A DNA stretch of 63,085 bases, the filler included, from an uncultured bacterium (GTDB lineage: Bacteria > DYJV01), in assembly GCA_964543655.1 (NCBI GenBank). It is 5 parts of 5 records of this genome, joined end to end, with 100 filler letters (N's around TTAATTAATTAA, not from the genome) between each part and the next. Parts side by side here need not be neighbours in the genome. Positions count along the whole stretch, not along the records: positions 1 to 22,481 come from CAZIZE010000041.1; positions 22,582 to 49,141 come from CAZIZE010000043.1; 3 more parts are not named here. One strand, 5' to 3'. Each line of letters begins with the position of its first letter. Within the stretch, counting starts at the first letter, position 1. The notes under the pieces were generated by a model. It ran no database searches. It had not been told where the DNA came from and saw only the letters and a list, made by a program, of their open reading frames with translations. Position numbers and translations under genes: made by a program. Of the stretch, positions 17,415-27,246 are shown one piece after another.

Positions 17415-18589
17415 TGTTTATAGATTTTTTTTACCATTTAAGAAGTTTTAAAATTCCAGTAACAATTACTGAGTGGATGACTTTTTTATCTGCTCTTGAA
17501 AAAGGATTTGCCAATAATTCTTTAACAGGCTTTTACTATCTTGCTCGCACCACATTAATTAAATCAGAAACTTTTTATGATCAGTTTGATATTGCATTTA
17601 AAACGTACTTTGAGAATTTAAAAATTGATAGCATAGAATTTCAACACATTCTTGAATGGCTACAGGAAGCTATTAGTCGTAGGGAATTCTCAAAAGCTGA
17701 CCTTGAAAAAATTAAAAGATTTACATTTGAAGAATTGAAAAAACTATTTGAAGAGAGATTGAGAGAGCAAAAAGAGAGGCATGATGGTGGAAGCAAATGG
17801 ATTGGTACAGGAGGTACCTCACCATTTGGGCATTCAGGTTATCATCCTGAAGGGATTAGAATGGGTGGCCAATCAATGAATAAATCAGCAATTCAAATAG
17901 CAAGTGAGAGAAAGTTTAAAAACTATAGAAATGATATTACTCTTGATGTAAGGCAGATGAAAGTTGCCCTTAAAAAATTAAGAATTTTAAAAAATATTGG
18001 TGCAGAAGATGAGCTTGATTTAGATGAGACAATAGATAAAACCTGTAAAAATTTTGGTGAAATTGAGCTTGTTTTCCAGAAATCAAGGAAAAACAATGCT
18101 AAGTTAGTGCTATTAATGGACACAGGTGGCTCGATGGTTCCCTATGCTAATATGGTAAATAGGCTTTTTTCAGCAGCAAATTCATTAAACCACTTTAAAG
18201 ATTTTAAATATTTTTTCTTTCATAACTGTGTTTATGATTACCTTTATTTAGATTACTACACTAATGAAACCTACCCTACCCCACTTTTTTTAAAGAATTT
18301 TGATTCTGATTACAGAGTTATTATGGTTGGTGATGCAATGATGGCTCCTGCTGAATTATTTATGAAAGGTGGAGCCATTGATTACTGGTATTACAATGAA
18401 ACCCCTGGAATAGAGTGGCTTAGAAGAATTGTTGAGCATTTTGCATCTGTTGTCTGGCTGAGTCCTATTAAATCACACTACTGGAATCATCCTACAGTTA
18501 AAGCTATATATAGATTAATGCCAATGTTTGAACTTACTGTAAAAGGTCTTGAGGAAGCAGTTAAAGAGCTAACAAGAAAAGTCGCATAA
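17414..18589 (+). CDS. VWA domain protein (CoxE-like), MoxR partner
   Basis: WIGTGGTSPFG, MIDAS-like DTGGSM, FFHNC, VGDA; overlaps MoxR stop. Confidence 0.88.
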   Translation: MFIDFFYHLRSFKIPVTITEWMTFLSALEKGFANNSLTGFYYLARTTLIKSETFYDQFDIAFKTYFENLKIDSIEFQHILEWLQEAISRREFSKADLEKIKRFTFEELKKLFEERLREQKERHDGGSKWIGTGGTSPFGHSGYHPEGIRMGGQSMNKSAIQIASERKFKNYRNDITLDVRQMKVALKKLRILKNIGAEDELDLDETIDKTCKNFGEIELVFQKSRKNNAKLVLLMDTGGSMVPYANMVNRLFSAANSLNHFKDFKYFFFHNCVYDYLYLDYYTNETYPTPLFLKNFDSDYRVIMVGDAMMAPAELFMKGGAIDYWYYNETPGIEWLRRIVEHFASVVWLSPIKSHYWNHPTVKAIYRLMPMFELTVKGLEEAVKELTRKVA

Positions 18590-18590
18590 A

Positions 18591-19334
18591 ATGGTAGATG
18601 AAAATAATAAAGCAAAGATAGATAAAATTGACTTTGAAGAGAATGAGGAAGTTGAGGAGACTTTTGATATAGACTCTCTTCAAGGCAGTGGCAAAGAAAC
18701 AGAGATTGATGAATTAGATTTAGATGAATTAATTGAAGAAACTGAAGATCAGATTAAAGAAGATGTAATAGAAGAAACAACAGATGTTTCACATGAAACA
18801 GTAGAGCCTGAAAAACCGAAAAAAAAGATACCATTTAAGCTAATTTTCATTGTTTTGCTTTCCATATTAATTATACTTTTTTCAGTGCTGATAATTTTAG
18901 AACTAAGAAAAAAACCAAAAGTAATTAGTGGGTACCTTATTATTAATAAAAAAATTGTCTGGATTTCAAAATCAAAAATAAAAATTGCAGAAAAAGAGCA
19001 GGAAATTAAAAAATACAATTTTAACCTGAAACTTGCCTATGAGTTTAAAAGTGTAAATGGCATGAAGATTTTGTCAGCTAATATTTTTACAAAGTTTTCT
19101 TCAAAAGCCTCAATTCCAATGGATAAATTGTATGCTGTTATTAAAGACAATATTTATAAGAGCTTTGATAATGTTACAAAAGATAAATTTGTTGAGGATA
19201 TTCCCAATTTTAAAACAAAAATTTCTGAAATTATAATAAATGACATATTAAATGACTTGAAAAATTTTGTTCCTGATATAAATATAAAAGAAGCCAAAAA
19301 AAATATTAACTTTATAACGTTTAAAATTGATTGA
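18591..19334 (+). CDS. Hypothetical single-pass membrane protein (acidic N-terminus; FliL-like topology)
   Basis: Acidic N-terminal tract, one TM helix, C-terminal soluble domain. FliL similarity is by topology only. Confidence 0.55.
   Translation: MVDENNKAKIDKIDFEENEEVEETFDIDSLQGSGKETEIDELDLDELIEETEDQIKEDVIEETTDVSHETVEPEKPKKKIPFKLIFIVLLSILIILFSVLIILELRKKPKVISGYLIINKKIVWISKSKIKIAEKEQEIKKYNFNLKLAYEFKSVNGMKILSANIFTKFSSKASIPMDKLYAVIKDNIYKSFDNVTKDKFVEDIPNFKTKISEIIINDILNDLKNFVPDINIKEAKKNINFITFKID
18785..18800. promoter_or_regulatory. parS-like centromere site
   Basis: TGTTTCACATGAAACA, 15/16 match to consensus TGTTTCACGTGAAACA. Confidence 0.7.
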
Positions 19335-19338
19335 AAAG

Positions 19339-20397
19339 ATGAAACAAGAGATAATCTCAAAAATTTTAAATAATGAACGAATTAGCAGTGATGATGCCAT
19401 TTTTTTATATAATAATTTTAATTTAATAGAACTTGGTGAACTTGCTGAAAGTAGAAATAGCAACAAGGTTTATTTCAATATAAACAAACATATTAACCCA
19501 ACCAATATCTGTGTTAATAGGTGTAAATTTTGCGCTTTTTCAAGAAGTAAAGGTGAAAGGGGAAGTTATGAATTTAGTATTGAAAAAATATTAGAAGATG
19601 TTAAAAATTCTGAAGCAATGGGAATTACTGAATTTCATATTGTTGGAGGATTGCATCCTGAATGGAGTTTTTCATACTATACTGAGCTTATTAAATCCTT
19701 AAAAATTGAACATCCAGAGATTATTGTAAAGGCGTTTACAGCTGTTGAAATAGACTATTTTAGTAAAATTTCAGGACTATCTGTGGAAGAAGTTTTAAAA
19801 GAGTTAAAAGCAGCAGGTCTTGATTTAATGCCTGGTGGTGGTGCTGAAATTTTAAAAGAGGATGTCAGGAGTAGAATATGTCCAGAAAAAATCAGCGGCA
19901 AAAGATGGCTTGAAATTATAGAGATAGCCCATAGATTAGGTATAAAAACAAATTGTACAATGCTCTATGGACATATTGAAAATATAGAGGATAGAGTGTA
20001 TCATCTTGAGCTTTTAAGGGAGTTGCAGGATAGAACTGGTAATTTTTTGGCTTTCATCCCTCTATCTTTTCATGCAAAAAATACAGAAATAAAAAAATTT
20101 CCTTATACAACAGGGATAGATGACCTTAAAACAATTGCTATTTCAAGGTTATTTCTTGATAATATTAGCAATATAAAAGCATACTGGGTAATGCTAACTG
20201 AAAAACTTGCTCAAGTTGCACTTTTGTTTGGAGCAAATGATATTGACGGTACAGTGGTGAAAGAGAGAATAACTCACTTTGCTGATGCCCTGTCAAAAGA
20301 GGGACTTACAATAGAAGAGATTGTTTACTTAATAAAAAAAACAGGTAAAGTTCCTGTTGAGAGAGATTCTTTTTATAATGAGCTTAAAACTTATTAA
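19339..20397 (+). CDS. mqnE: Aminofutalosine synthase (radical SAM)
   Basis: CxxxCxxC (CVNRCKFC), HIVGGLHP, KAFTAVEI, PGGGAE, IKAYWVM. Confidence 0.88.
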   Translation: MKQEIISKILNNERISSDDAIFLYNNFNLIELGELAESRNSNKVYFNINKHINPTNICVNRCKFCAFSRSKGERGSYEFSIEKILEDVKNSEAMGITEFHIVGGLHPEWSFSYYTELIKSLKIEHPEIIVKAFTAVEIDYFSKISGLSVEEVLKELKAAGLDLMPGGGAEILKEDVRSRICPEKISGKRWLEIIEIAHRLGIKTNCTMLYGHIENIEDRVYHLELLRELQDRTGNFLAFIPLSFHAKNTEIKKFPYTTGIDDLKTIAISRLFLDNISNIKAYWVMLTEKLAQVALLFGANDIDGTVVKERITHFADALSKEGLTIEEIVYLIKKTGKVPVERDSFYNELKTY

Positions 20398-20406
20398 TAT
20401 GGAGAA

Positions 20407-21450
20407 TTGATATTGAAAGTATCTAAAAAGGATGCATTGGAGCTATTTAGAAACGCAGCGCTTGGAGAGCTTGCTAAAATTGCAGAAGAAGTAAAGAGAA
20501 AAATCCATAACAACTCAAATATAGTAACTTTTGTTGTTGATAGGAATATTAATTATACAAATATATGTAAATGTAAATGTAAATTTTGTGCATTTTACAG
20601 GGAAAAAGATTCAGACGAAGCATATCTCCTCTCAAATGAAGATATTTTTAAAAAAATAGAGGAAACCTTAAAGTATAATGGTACACAGATTTTAATACAG
20701 GGTGGTCTTAACCCTGAACTCAGTATAGATTACTTTGAGCAGCTTTTTAAAGAAATAAAAAAGAGATACAATATAAACATCCATGGATTATCAGCACCAG
20801 AAATTTGTCATATTGCTGAAAACTCAGGATTGTCAATAAAAGAAACTATATTAAGGCTTAAAGATGCAGGGTTAGGCTCTATTCCTGGTGGTGGTGCAGA
20901 GATACTTGTTAATCGAGTTAGAAGCATTGTTAGCCCAAATAAAATTTCCTGGGAAAAGTGGGCTGAGGTAATGATAACAGCGCATAAATTAGGTTTAAAA
21001 AGTAGTGCAACGATGATGTTTGGCTCAATAGAGAGAGATGAGGAGATAATTGAGCATCTCTTTAGAATTAGGGAAATACAGGAAGAAACAGGAGGTTTTA
21101 CTGCTTTTATCTGCTGGAGTTTTCAGCCTAAAAATACAGCACTTCAAGAGGATGTAAAGTTTAAAGCAACTGCTGTTGATTTTTTAAGGGTTCTTGCAAT
21201 AAGCAGGATTGTATTAACAAATATAAAAAATATACAGACCTCATGGGTTACTCAAGGTGCAAAAATAGCACAGATTTCGCTATTTTTTGGGGCAAATGAT
21301 TTTGGGAGCACTATGCTTGAAGAAAATGTTGTTTCAGCAGCAGGTGTAAAATTTAACCTTCAAAAAGATGATATTATTTTTTTAATAAAAGATGCAGGTT
21401 TTATTCCTGCTCAAAGAGACACTTTTTATAATATTTTAAGGAAATTTTAA
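20407..21450 (+). CDS. mqnC: Cyclic dehypoxanthinyl futalosine synthase (radical SAM)
   Basis: VDRNINYTNICKCKCKFC, PGGGAEIL, SWVTQG, GANDFGSTMLEENVV. Confidence 0.9.
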   Translation: MILKVSKKDALELFRNAALGELAKIAEEVKRKIHNNSNIVTFVVDRNINYTNICKCKCKFCAFYREKDSDEAYLLSNEDIFKKIEETLKYNGTQILIQGGLNPELSIDYFEQLFKEIKKRYNINIHGLSAPEICHIAENSGLSIKETILRLKDAGLGSIPGGGAEILVNRVRSIVSPNKISWEKWAEVMITAHKLGLKSSATMMFGSIERDEEIIEHLFRIREIQEETGGFTAFICWSFQPKNTALQEDVKFKATAVDFLRVLAISRIVLTNIKNIQTSWVTQGAKIAQISLFFGANDFGSTMLEENVVSAAGVKFNLQKDDIIFLIKDAGFIPAQRDTFYNILRKF

Positions 21451-22188
21451 ATGGCTCTAATTGTAATACCAGCAAGATACTCTTCATCAAGGTTTCCTGG
21501 TAAGCCACTTGTTGAAATTAATGGATTGCCAATGGTTGTCAGGGTTTACAGGCAGGCTATTAAAAGTGAGCTTGGAAAGAAAGTTATAATTGCAACAGAT
21601 GATTTGAGAATATTTGAGATTGCAAAAAAGTTTAAATGCAATGTAGAAATGACTTCTGAAAAGCACAGATCTGGTACAGATAGAGTCTCTGAAATTGCTA
21701 TTAAGAATAAATTTGAAATTGTAGTAAATTTGCAGGGTGATGAGCCTTTTATTGAGCCAGATGTTATTGATGGTGCAATAGAGGTTTTAAAAAAAGATAG
21801 TGGTGCTGATATTTCAACTCCAATAAAAAAAATAGAAAATGGTGCTGAGATAGATGATGAAAATGTTGTTAAGGTTGTTTTTAATGAAAAAAATTTTGCT
21901 CTTTATTTCTCCCGTGCACCAATACCCTTTTACAGAGATAATTCTGAGCAAAGTTATTATAAGCATATAGGGTTGTATGCTTTTAGAAAAAATAGCCTTG
22001 AAAAATTTGTAAGGTTAAAACAATCTAAACTTGAAAAGATAGAGAAATTGGAGCAACTGCGAGCTCTTGAAAATAATATGAAAATAAAGGTTTTTCAAAC
22101 TTCTTATAACAGCATAAGCATAGATACTCCTGAAGACTTAGAGAAGCTTATGCAAGTTCATGGTTCAAGGTTCATAGTTCAACGTTAA
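21451..22188 (+). CDS. kdsB: CMP-KDO synthetase
   Basis: IPARYSSSRFPGKPL, SGTDR, NLQGDEP, YFSR, KLEQLR, SIDTPEDL. Confidence 0.95.
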   Translation: MALIVIPARYSSSRFPGKPLVEINGLPMVVRVYRQAIKSELGKKVIIATDDLRIFEIAKKFKCNVEMTSEKHRSGTDRVSEIAIKNKFEIVVNLQGDEPFIEPDVIDGAIEVLKKDSGADISTPIKKIENGAEIDDENVVKVVFNEKNFALYFSRAPIPFYRDNSEQSYYKHIGLYAFRKNSLEKFVRLKQSKLEKIEKLEQLRALENNMKIKVFQTSYNSISIDTPEDLEKLMQVHGSRFIVQR

Positions 22189-22237
22189 ATAATACTTTGA
22201 TTGTAATAAATTAAGAATATTGCAGATGTTATTTCAA
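22156..22237. repeat. Heptamer-periodic dispersed repeat (copy 1)
   Basis: GTTCATG GTTCAAG GTTCATA GTTCAAC GTTAAAT, then TTAAGAATATTGCAGATGTTATTTCA shared with the 59273-59339 region. Confidence 0.75.
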
Positions 22238-22481
22238 GTAGAAAGTTGTATTAGTGCGCTGTCAATAGTGCGGTTGGAAAAAAGGGTAAAAGGGAAAAGA
22301 TTTAAATGTTATTTTAGGTAAAAGTAGTTGACAATAAAGGGTAATTAAGTTAGAAACATTATATGGGAAATCAGAAAACCTTCATTTTTCAACCTCCATA
22401 ATGTGTAGAATGGTGTTTGATGTGAGCAAGAGGAAGACGAAAGATTTACAGTGTATAGGGCGTAAAAAAAGATTAAAGGGG

Positions 22482-22581
22482 NNNNNNNNNNNNNNNNNNN
22501 NNNNNNNNNNNNNNNNNNNNNNNNNTTAATTAATTAANNNNNNNNNNNNNNNNNNNNNNNNNNNNNNNNNNNNNNNNNNNN
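22482..22581. other. Artificial contig spacer
   Basis: N44-TTAATTAATTAA-N44. Confidence 0.98.
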
Positions 22582-22593
22582 GACTATCGCCTA

Positions 22594-22793
22594 ATTCAAC
22601 GTTGAACTAATAACTTTGAACCGTGAATGAATATTGTCATCTGAGGGCACAGCCCGAAGAGTCTATATGATGAATAACTAAATTATACAAAACCAACCTT
22701 GAAGCAAGAGATTTTTCGGGCTAAAGCCCTTAAATAGTTTACAGTTATCGGTTCAAAGTTCAAAGTTTTTGAAATATTATAGATGTTATTTCA
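22594..22793. repeat. Composite palindromic repeat: inverted heptamer arrays flanking a REP-like inverted repeat
   Basis: Heptamer array 22594-22628 (minus) and 22737-22771 (plus); inner arms GTCATCTGAGGGCACAGCCCGAAGAGTCT (22636-22664) and AGATTTTTCGGGCTAAAGCCCT (22709-22730); 37 bp identical to 59348-59384. Confidence 0.8.
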
Positions 22794-22981
22794 AATTAAA
22801 AAGCTTATAAGCACATTTTTAAAAAATTGCTGTTGGATTTTGCATTTGGTATGGAAATTTGTTAAGTTTTTGATAGCATTAACATATTGCTAAGTGCGAC
22901 CAATTTTTAAAAAAAATTTTGATTTTTTATGAAGGTGCTTGACATTTATAAAATTCAATGATAACGGATGAATCCTCATGT

Positions 22982-23062
22982 GCGAGAGTGGCGGAATTGG
23001 CAGACGCACTGGACTTAGGATCCAGCGGCTTAGCCGTGAGAGTTCGAGTCTCTCCTCTCGCA
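22982..23062 (+). tRNA. tRNA-Leu(TAG)
   Basis: GCGAGAG/TCTCGC acceptor stem, CTGGA-CTTAGGA-TCCAG anticodon arm, variable arm, GTTCGAG T-loop; CCA not encoded. Confidence 0.95.
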
Positions 23063-23065
23063 TTT

Positions 23066-23629
23066 TTATTTTAATGTTTTTCCCATATTATACGCTTGTT
23101 TAAGTATGTCAGGTTTGGTTTTTATCTCCCCTTTCTCCTCCAATGAAGTAACAAGAATTTTATTTTCAAATTTAACTGATAATGTATCAAAAAAAGTTGC
23201 TACTACTAATTCTCCACCTTTGAAGGTAATATTTTTATTGAAGCCCCCTGTTGAAAAGAAAAAACCTTTTCTCTGAAAATGAAAATTTTTGCTTAAATCT
23301 TCTTTGAAAATATATTTTTTAGCCCAAAGAGGTTGGCATCTGTCTATGAAAATTTTGAGCTGTGCTGAAATTCCAAAGAAAAAGACAGGGGATGCAACAG
23401 CTATATGCTCACATTTAGAAAGTATTTTTAGGTAATCATTCATGGAATCTTTTAATCTGCAAATTTTATTTTTCATACAATAGCCACACTCATGACATGG
23501 TGAAATATCAATTTTGCAACTATCTATTAACAATGTGTCATTGCCACTATCTTTTGCACCATCAAGAAATGCTTTAAGTAGCAAAAAGCTGTTACCTTTT
23601 CGTGGACTACCATTAATTCCTACAATCAT
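23066..23629 (-). CDS. Flavodoxin-fold iron-sulfur flavoprotein / NADPH-dependent FMN reductase family
   Basis: GINGSPRKGNS, CxxCxxC-x5-C, ASPVFF..QLKIFIDR. Confidence 0.85.
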   Translation of the reverse strand: MIVGINGSPRKGNSFLLLKAFLDGAKDSGNDTLLIDSCKIDISPCHECGYCMKNKICRLKDSMNDYLKILSKCEHIAVASPVFFFGISAQLKIFIDRCQPLWAKKYIFKEDLSKNFHFQRKGFFFSTGGFNKNITFKGGELVVATFFDTLSVKFENKILVTSLEEKGEIKTKPDILKQAYNMGKTLK

Positions 23630-23646
23630 GGATAACTCCAAATTTT

Positions 23647-25056
23647 TTATTTTACAAGAATTTTGATTAAAGTGCCTTTTTTTAAATAACTGTTCATTGT
23701 AATGCCATTTAAAATTGCAATTTTATTTATAAACTTTTTATCCCTCACTTTATAGTGTTTTACAATATCTGAAAAAGTGCCAGAGATTGGTAGCTTAAAG
23801 ATTTTTATTCTGTATGGCTTTCTATTGATTTTATTTTTATCTCTCAGTGTTGCAAAACTGAGAGGTATAGATGAATAAAGTTCATTGTAATTTTTATAAA
23901 TAGAATCAAACTGAAAAATTTTTCCATCTTTTTGAATAAAATAAGAAATTACAACTAAATTTTTTCCTGTTAAAACAGCCTTGATTTTAATAGAATTAAA
24001 ACCGTTAATATTTAGCCTTTTTTCATAAAAAGCCCTTAAGTCAGGATTGGATAAAAATTTTTGTACAGCCCTTCTGAGATTACTGTATTTATTAAGATGA
24101 AAAATAATAAAACAGTCATTTTTTTTACTAATAAGGATAACTTTGGAAGCGCTGTTATGCAATTTAAACACAGGTGGAACATAAAATTTAAATCTTAGAG
24201 CAGGATGATAAAAGTAATTTTTTTCAAAAAATCCTTCCTGTGGATTTTTTCCAAAAATTAGCCCGTCAATTTCTCTGAGATATCTGTTACGATTAACAAT
24301 ATACCTCTTTTTATGCAATTTTAATTGCATTTCCCTTGTTTCCCTATAAACATTTTTTATTCTATTTTTTGGTGAAGGGTGTGTGGAGAACCATTCTGGA
24401 AGATTGCCACCTTTTTTTGCTTCTATCCTCTTTAAAGTATTGAAAAAGATACCAAGTTCATAAGAATTGTAACCTGCTAATGATGAATAGTAAACTCCAA
24501 GATAATCAGCCTGATTTTCATCATCTCTACTAAATTTTAAAAACAGCAGCTTGGCTCCAGCTGATATGAGATTGGAAAGAGATTTAACTTCGGGGCTTGC
24601 TATTGAGGCTATTGCAAGTCCAAGATTAAATAGCATAGATTCACTCATCTGTTTTGCACTATGCCTTGCATTAATGTGACCAAGCTCATGACCTAAAATT
24701 CCAGCAAGTTGAGCTTCATTATTGATATATGATAGGATGCCTCTTGTAACATATACATATCCACCTGGAACAGCAAATGCATTTACATCAGGAGAATCAA
24801 GGATTCTAAAATAGTATGAAATATTCTTTCTATGAACATGTTTTACAAGTCTATAACCAATTGATTCTACATATTTGGTTAATTTTTTATTATTGTATAA
24901 CCCATATTCAGCTATAATATCTTTGTCAGCTTTTTTGCCAATTGCAACTTCTTGTGATGTGGAAATTAACATTAATTCTTTTTTACCTGTAACAGGATTA
25001 GTAGCACATGAGTATAAGAAAATGAGAATGATTATGAGAGCTATTTTCTTTAGCAT
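23647..25056 (-). CDS. M48 family metalloprotease, lipoprotein
   Basis: Lipobox-like LYSC, NAFAVPGG, HELGH, FSRDDENQAD, FSTHP. Confidence 0.9.
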   Translation of the reverse strand: MLKKIALIIILIFLYSCATNPVTGKKELMLISTSQEVAIGKKADKDIIAEYGLYNNKKLTKYVESIGYRLVKHVHRKNISYYFRILDSPDVNAFAVPGGYVYVTRGILSYINNEAQLAGILGHELGHINARHSAKQMSESMLFNLGLAIASIASPEVKSLSNLISAGAKLLFLKFSRDDENQADYLGVYYSSLAGYNSYELGIFFNTLKRIEAKKGGNLPEWFSTHPSPKNRIKNVYRETREMQLKLHKKRYIVNRNRYLREIDGLIFGKNPQEGFFEKNYFYHPALRFKFYVPPVFKLHNSASKVILISKKNDCFIIFHLNKYSNLRRAVQKFLSNPDLRAFYEKRLNINGFNSIKIKAVLTGKNLVVISYFIQKDGKIFQFDSIYKNYNELYSSIPLSFATLRDKNKINRKPYRIKIFKLPISGTFSDIVKHYKVRDKKFINKIAILNGITMNSYLKKGTLIKILVK

Positions 25057-25151
25057 TGATAAACCTCTAATTTAAAAAGATTTATTTTTTTAAATATTGA
25101 CTTTTTAATATTTATATATAAGTTAGAATAAAAAGTCAAAAGCCTTTTCAT

Positions 25152-25179
25152 TAAAGTTTTATTTTTTAAACTCCGATAA
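25152..25179 (+). promoter_or_regulatory. sigma28 (FliA/SigD)-type promoter
   Basis: TAAAGTTT-N12-TCCGATAA, 45 nt before the MCP start. Confidence 0.7.
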
Positions 25180-25224
25180 AAAGTAGGCAAATTAACATAA
25201 AATAACTTTTCAGGGAGGTATAGT

Positions 25225-27123
25225 ATGCCCAAGGATATATTACCACCATCAGAGGGAAGGGGAATATCTTTAAACGTTAAAAGAAATCTTGAAAAAAGGA
25301 AAAATGCCAAGACCTCAGCAAAGAAACAGTCCCTTATAGAGAGACTCGCCTCAGCAAGTGAAGAAGTAGCAGCTTCTGTTGCAGAAATTGCATCTGCTCT
25401 TGAACAGGCTAACCGATCTGCACAAACCATTGCAGCAGCAGCAGAGGAAGCAGCTCGATCATGTGATACAAATAGAGATGCAGTTAATAGAATATACAAT
25501 TTTGTTCAGGATAATATCAAGCAAGCTAATGAGATTCTAAATATTTCAGAGGATATTTCTTCAAAAACAGACCTTTTAATTAATAATATTACAAATGTTA
25601 AGAATGATATTATCTTATCCACAGATAATATTAAAAGCTCTGTTAAAATTGTTCAGGAGATAGAAAGTCTTTCTGGTGATATTGAAAATGCAATTAAAGG
25701 TATTGTTAAAATTGCTGATAAAACAAATCTTCTTGCTTTAAATGCAGCTATTGAAGCTGCAAAAGCAGAGGAGCATGGGAAAGGATTTTCTGTAGTTGCA
25801 GAAGAGGTAAGAATACTTACAGAGATGTCTGAAAATAATGCTAATCAGATTAAAGAGTTACTTGATGAGCTTGTTGAGAATATCAAGAAAATAGTGGAAC
25901 AGGCAAAAGAGAATGTTGAATCTGGTGAAAGGCAGGTTGAGATAGGCAATGAGCTAATTGAAAAATTTAATTTGGTTAATGATATTACCACAAAAGTTCA
26001 AGAAACAAGTAGAAAATTTGTTCAAATATATGAAAATATTCTTGTTTCTATAGAAGATTTAAAAAATGCATCAGAGCAGGTTGCAGCAGCAGCAGAGGAG
26101 CAGTCAGCTTCTGCTGATCAGATAGAGAGATCCAGTAAAGAGCTTGCTCTTGCAATGGATCAGATTTCTCAAGCAGCAGAGGAACTTAGAGCAATGGCTC
26201 AAGAGTTAAAAGATGCACCATCTATTGATGACAAAACAGTTGATGAGCTTGCAGCTGCTACAGAGCAGTTATCAGCATCTGTTGAAGAATCAAATAAAAG
26301 TATTGATGAGGTTAAAACAGCTATAGAACAGCTTTCAGCAGCAGCTGAGGAGCAGGCACGTTCAGCACAATCTATGGCTGATATTGCAAATGAAAGTGTT
26401 ACCAAAGCTGATGAAATTGTTAAAGGTGCAACAGAATCAGACAAACTTATAGATGATGCTATAGAATATTTTAATAAATCAAAAGATGTTCTTGAAGAAG
26501 TGAGAAAAAGTATAGATAGTATGGCTAAAGATCTTGTGGATTCTGTGCTTATTTTAAAAAATCTTGAAAGATCAAATGGGTTTATTGATATTTCTATTGG
26601 CAAAATTGAGCTTGTTCTTATTCAAACAAATATGCTTTCTGTAAATGGTTTTATAGAAGCAGCGAGATCAGGTGAATTTGGCAAGGGATTTGAAGTAGTT
26701 TCAGCTGATATTAAAAATTTAGCTCAGAATGGTTTTGAGAATGTAGAACAACTTAGAGATAGAGTGGTGAAGGTAAATGAGCATTTGAAAGATTTTTCAG
26801 AAAGCTTAAATATTTCAAGGCAGAATACAGATTCTGAAAAAGAGAGTATTGATAGAATAAGAGATTCATTAAATTCAATATTAAATGTTACACACCATGT
26901 TGACAGTTTAATTAAAGCATCAAAAGCAGCTGGCGAGAAATTAAAAAAAGATAGTGACGATATTTTAAGTGGATCTGACCAGATAGCATCTGCTGCTGAG
27001 GAAACATCAAGAACAGTTGCTGAATTATCAAGTGCAATTGGACAGATTACCACAGCTATTGACCAGCTTTCTCAAGCAACAGATGAGCTTGCATCACTTG
27101 CAGATGAGTTGCAGGCATTTTAA
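25225..27123 (+). CDS. Soluble methyl-accepting chemotaxis protein with two signalling domains
   Basis: Two hairpin tips ([62 protein letters not shown]), many AAEE methylation-like sites, no TM. Confidence 0.9.
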   Translation: MPKDILPPSEGRGISLNVKRNLEKRKNAKTSAKKQSLIERLASASEEVAASVAEIASALEQANRSAQTIAAAAEEAARSCDTNRDAVNRIYNFVQDNIKQANEILNISEDISSKTDLLINNITNVKNDIILSTDNIKSSVKIVQEIESLSGDIENAIKGIVKIADKTNLLALNAAIEAAKAEEHGKGFSVVAEEVRILTEMSENNANQIKELLDELVENIKKIVEQAKENVESGERQVEIGNELIEKFNLVNDITTKVQETSRKFVQIYENILVSIEDLKNASEQVAAAAEEQSASADQIERSSKELALAMDQISQAAEELRAMAQELKDAPSIDDKTVDELAAATEQLSASVEESNKSIDEVKTAIEQLSAAAEEQARSAQSMADIANESVTKADEIVKGATESDKLIDDAIEYFNKSKDVLEEVRKSIDSMAKDLVDSVLILKNLERSNGFIDISIGKIELVLIQTNMLSVNGFIEAARSGEFGKGFEVVSADIKNLAQNGFENVEQLRDRVVKVNEHLKDFSESLNISRQNTDSEKESIDRIRDSLNSILNVTHHVDSLIKASKAAGEKLKKDSDDILSGSDQIASAAEETSRTVAELSSAIGQITTAIDQLSQATDELASLADELQAF

Positions 27124-27246
27124 TTTAGTGGTTGGTAGTTGGTGAAGATAGTATAGATTTTAAATTGGGATTAACAGCAACTAAAAAGTAACGAGTATTA
27201 ACTTAAAGGTAATTCAATTTTGAATGTTGGACTTAGGGGGACTTGA

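Noticed and set aside
22526-22537. TTAATTAATTAA palindrome repeated four times in the window
   Set aside because: Artificial six-frame stop linker within N spacers.
22156-22793. Possible CRISPR array
   Set aside because: Repeats are 7-nt periodic or palindromic without regular unique spacers; no cas genes seen.
25050-27053. Minus-strand ORFs of 109-149 aa opposite the MCP
   Set aside because: Shadow ORFs from the Ala/Glu/Ser-rich receptor sequence.
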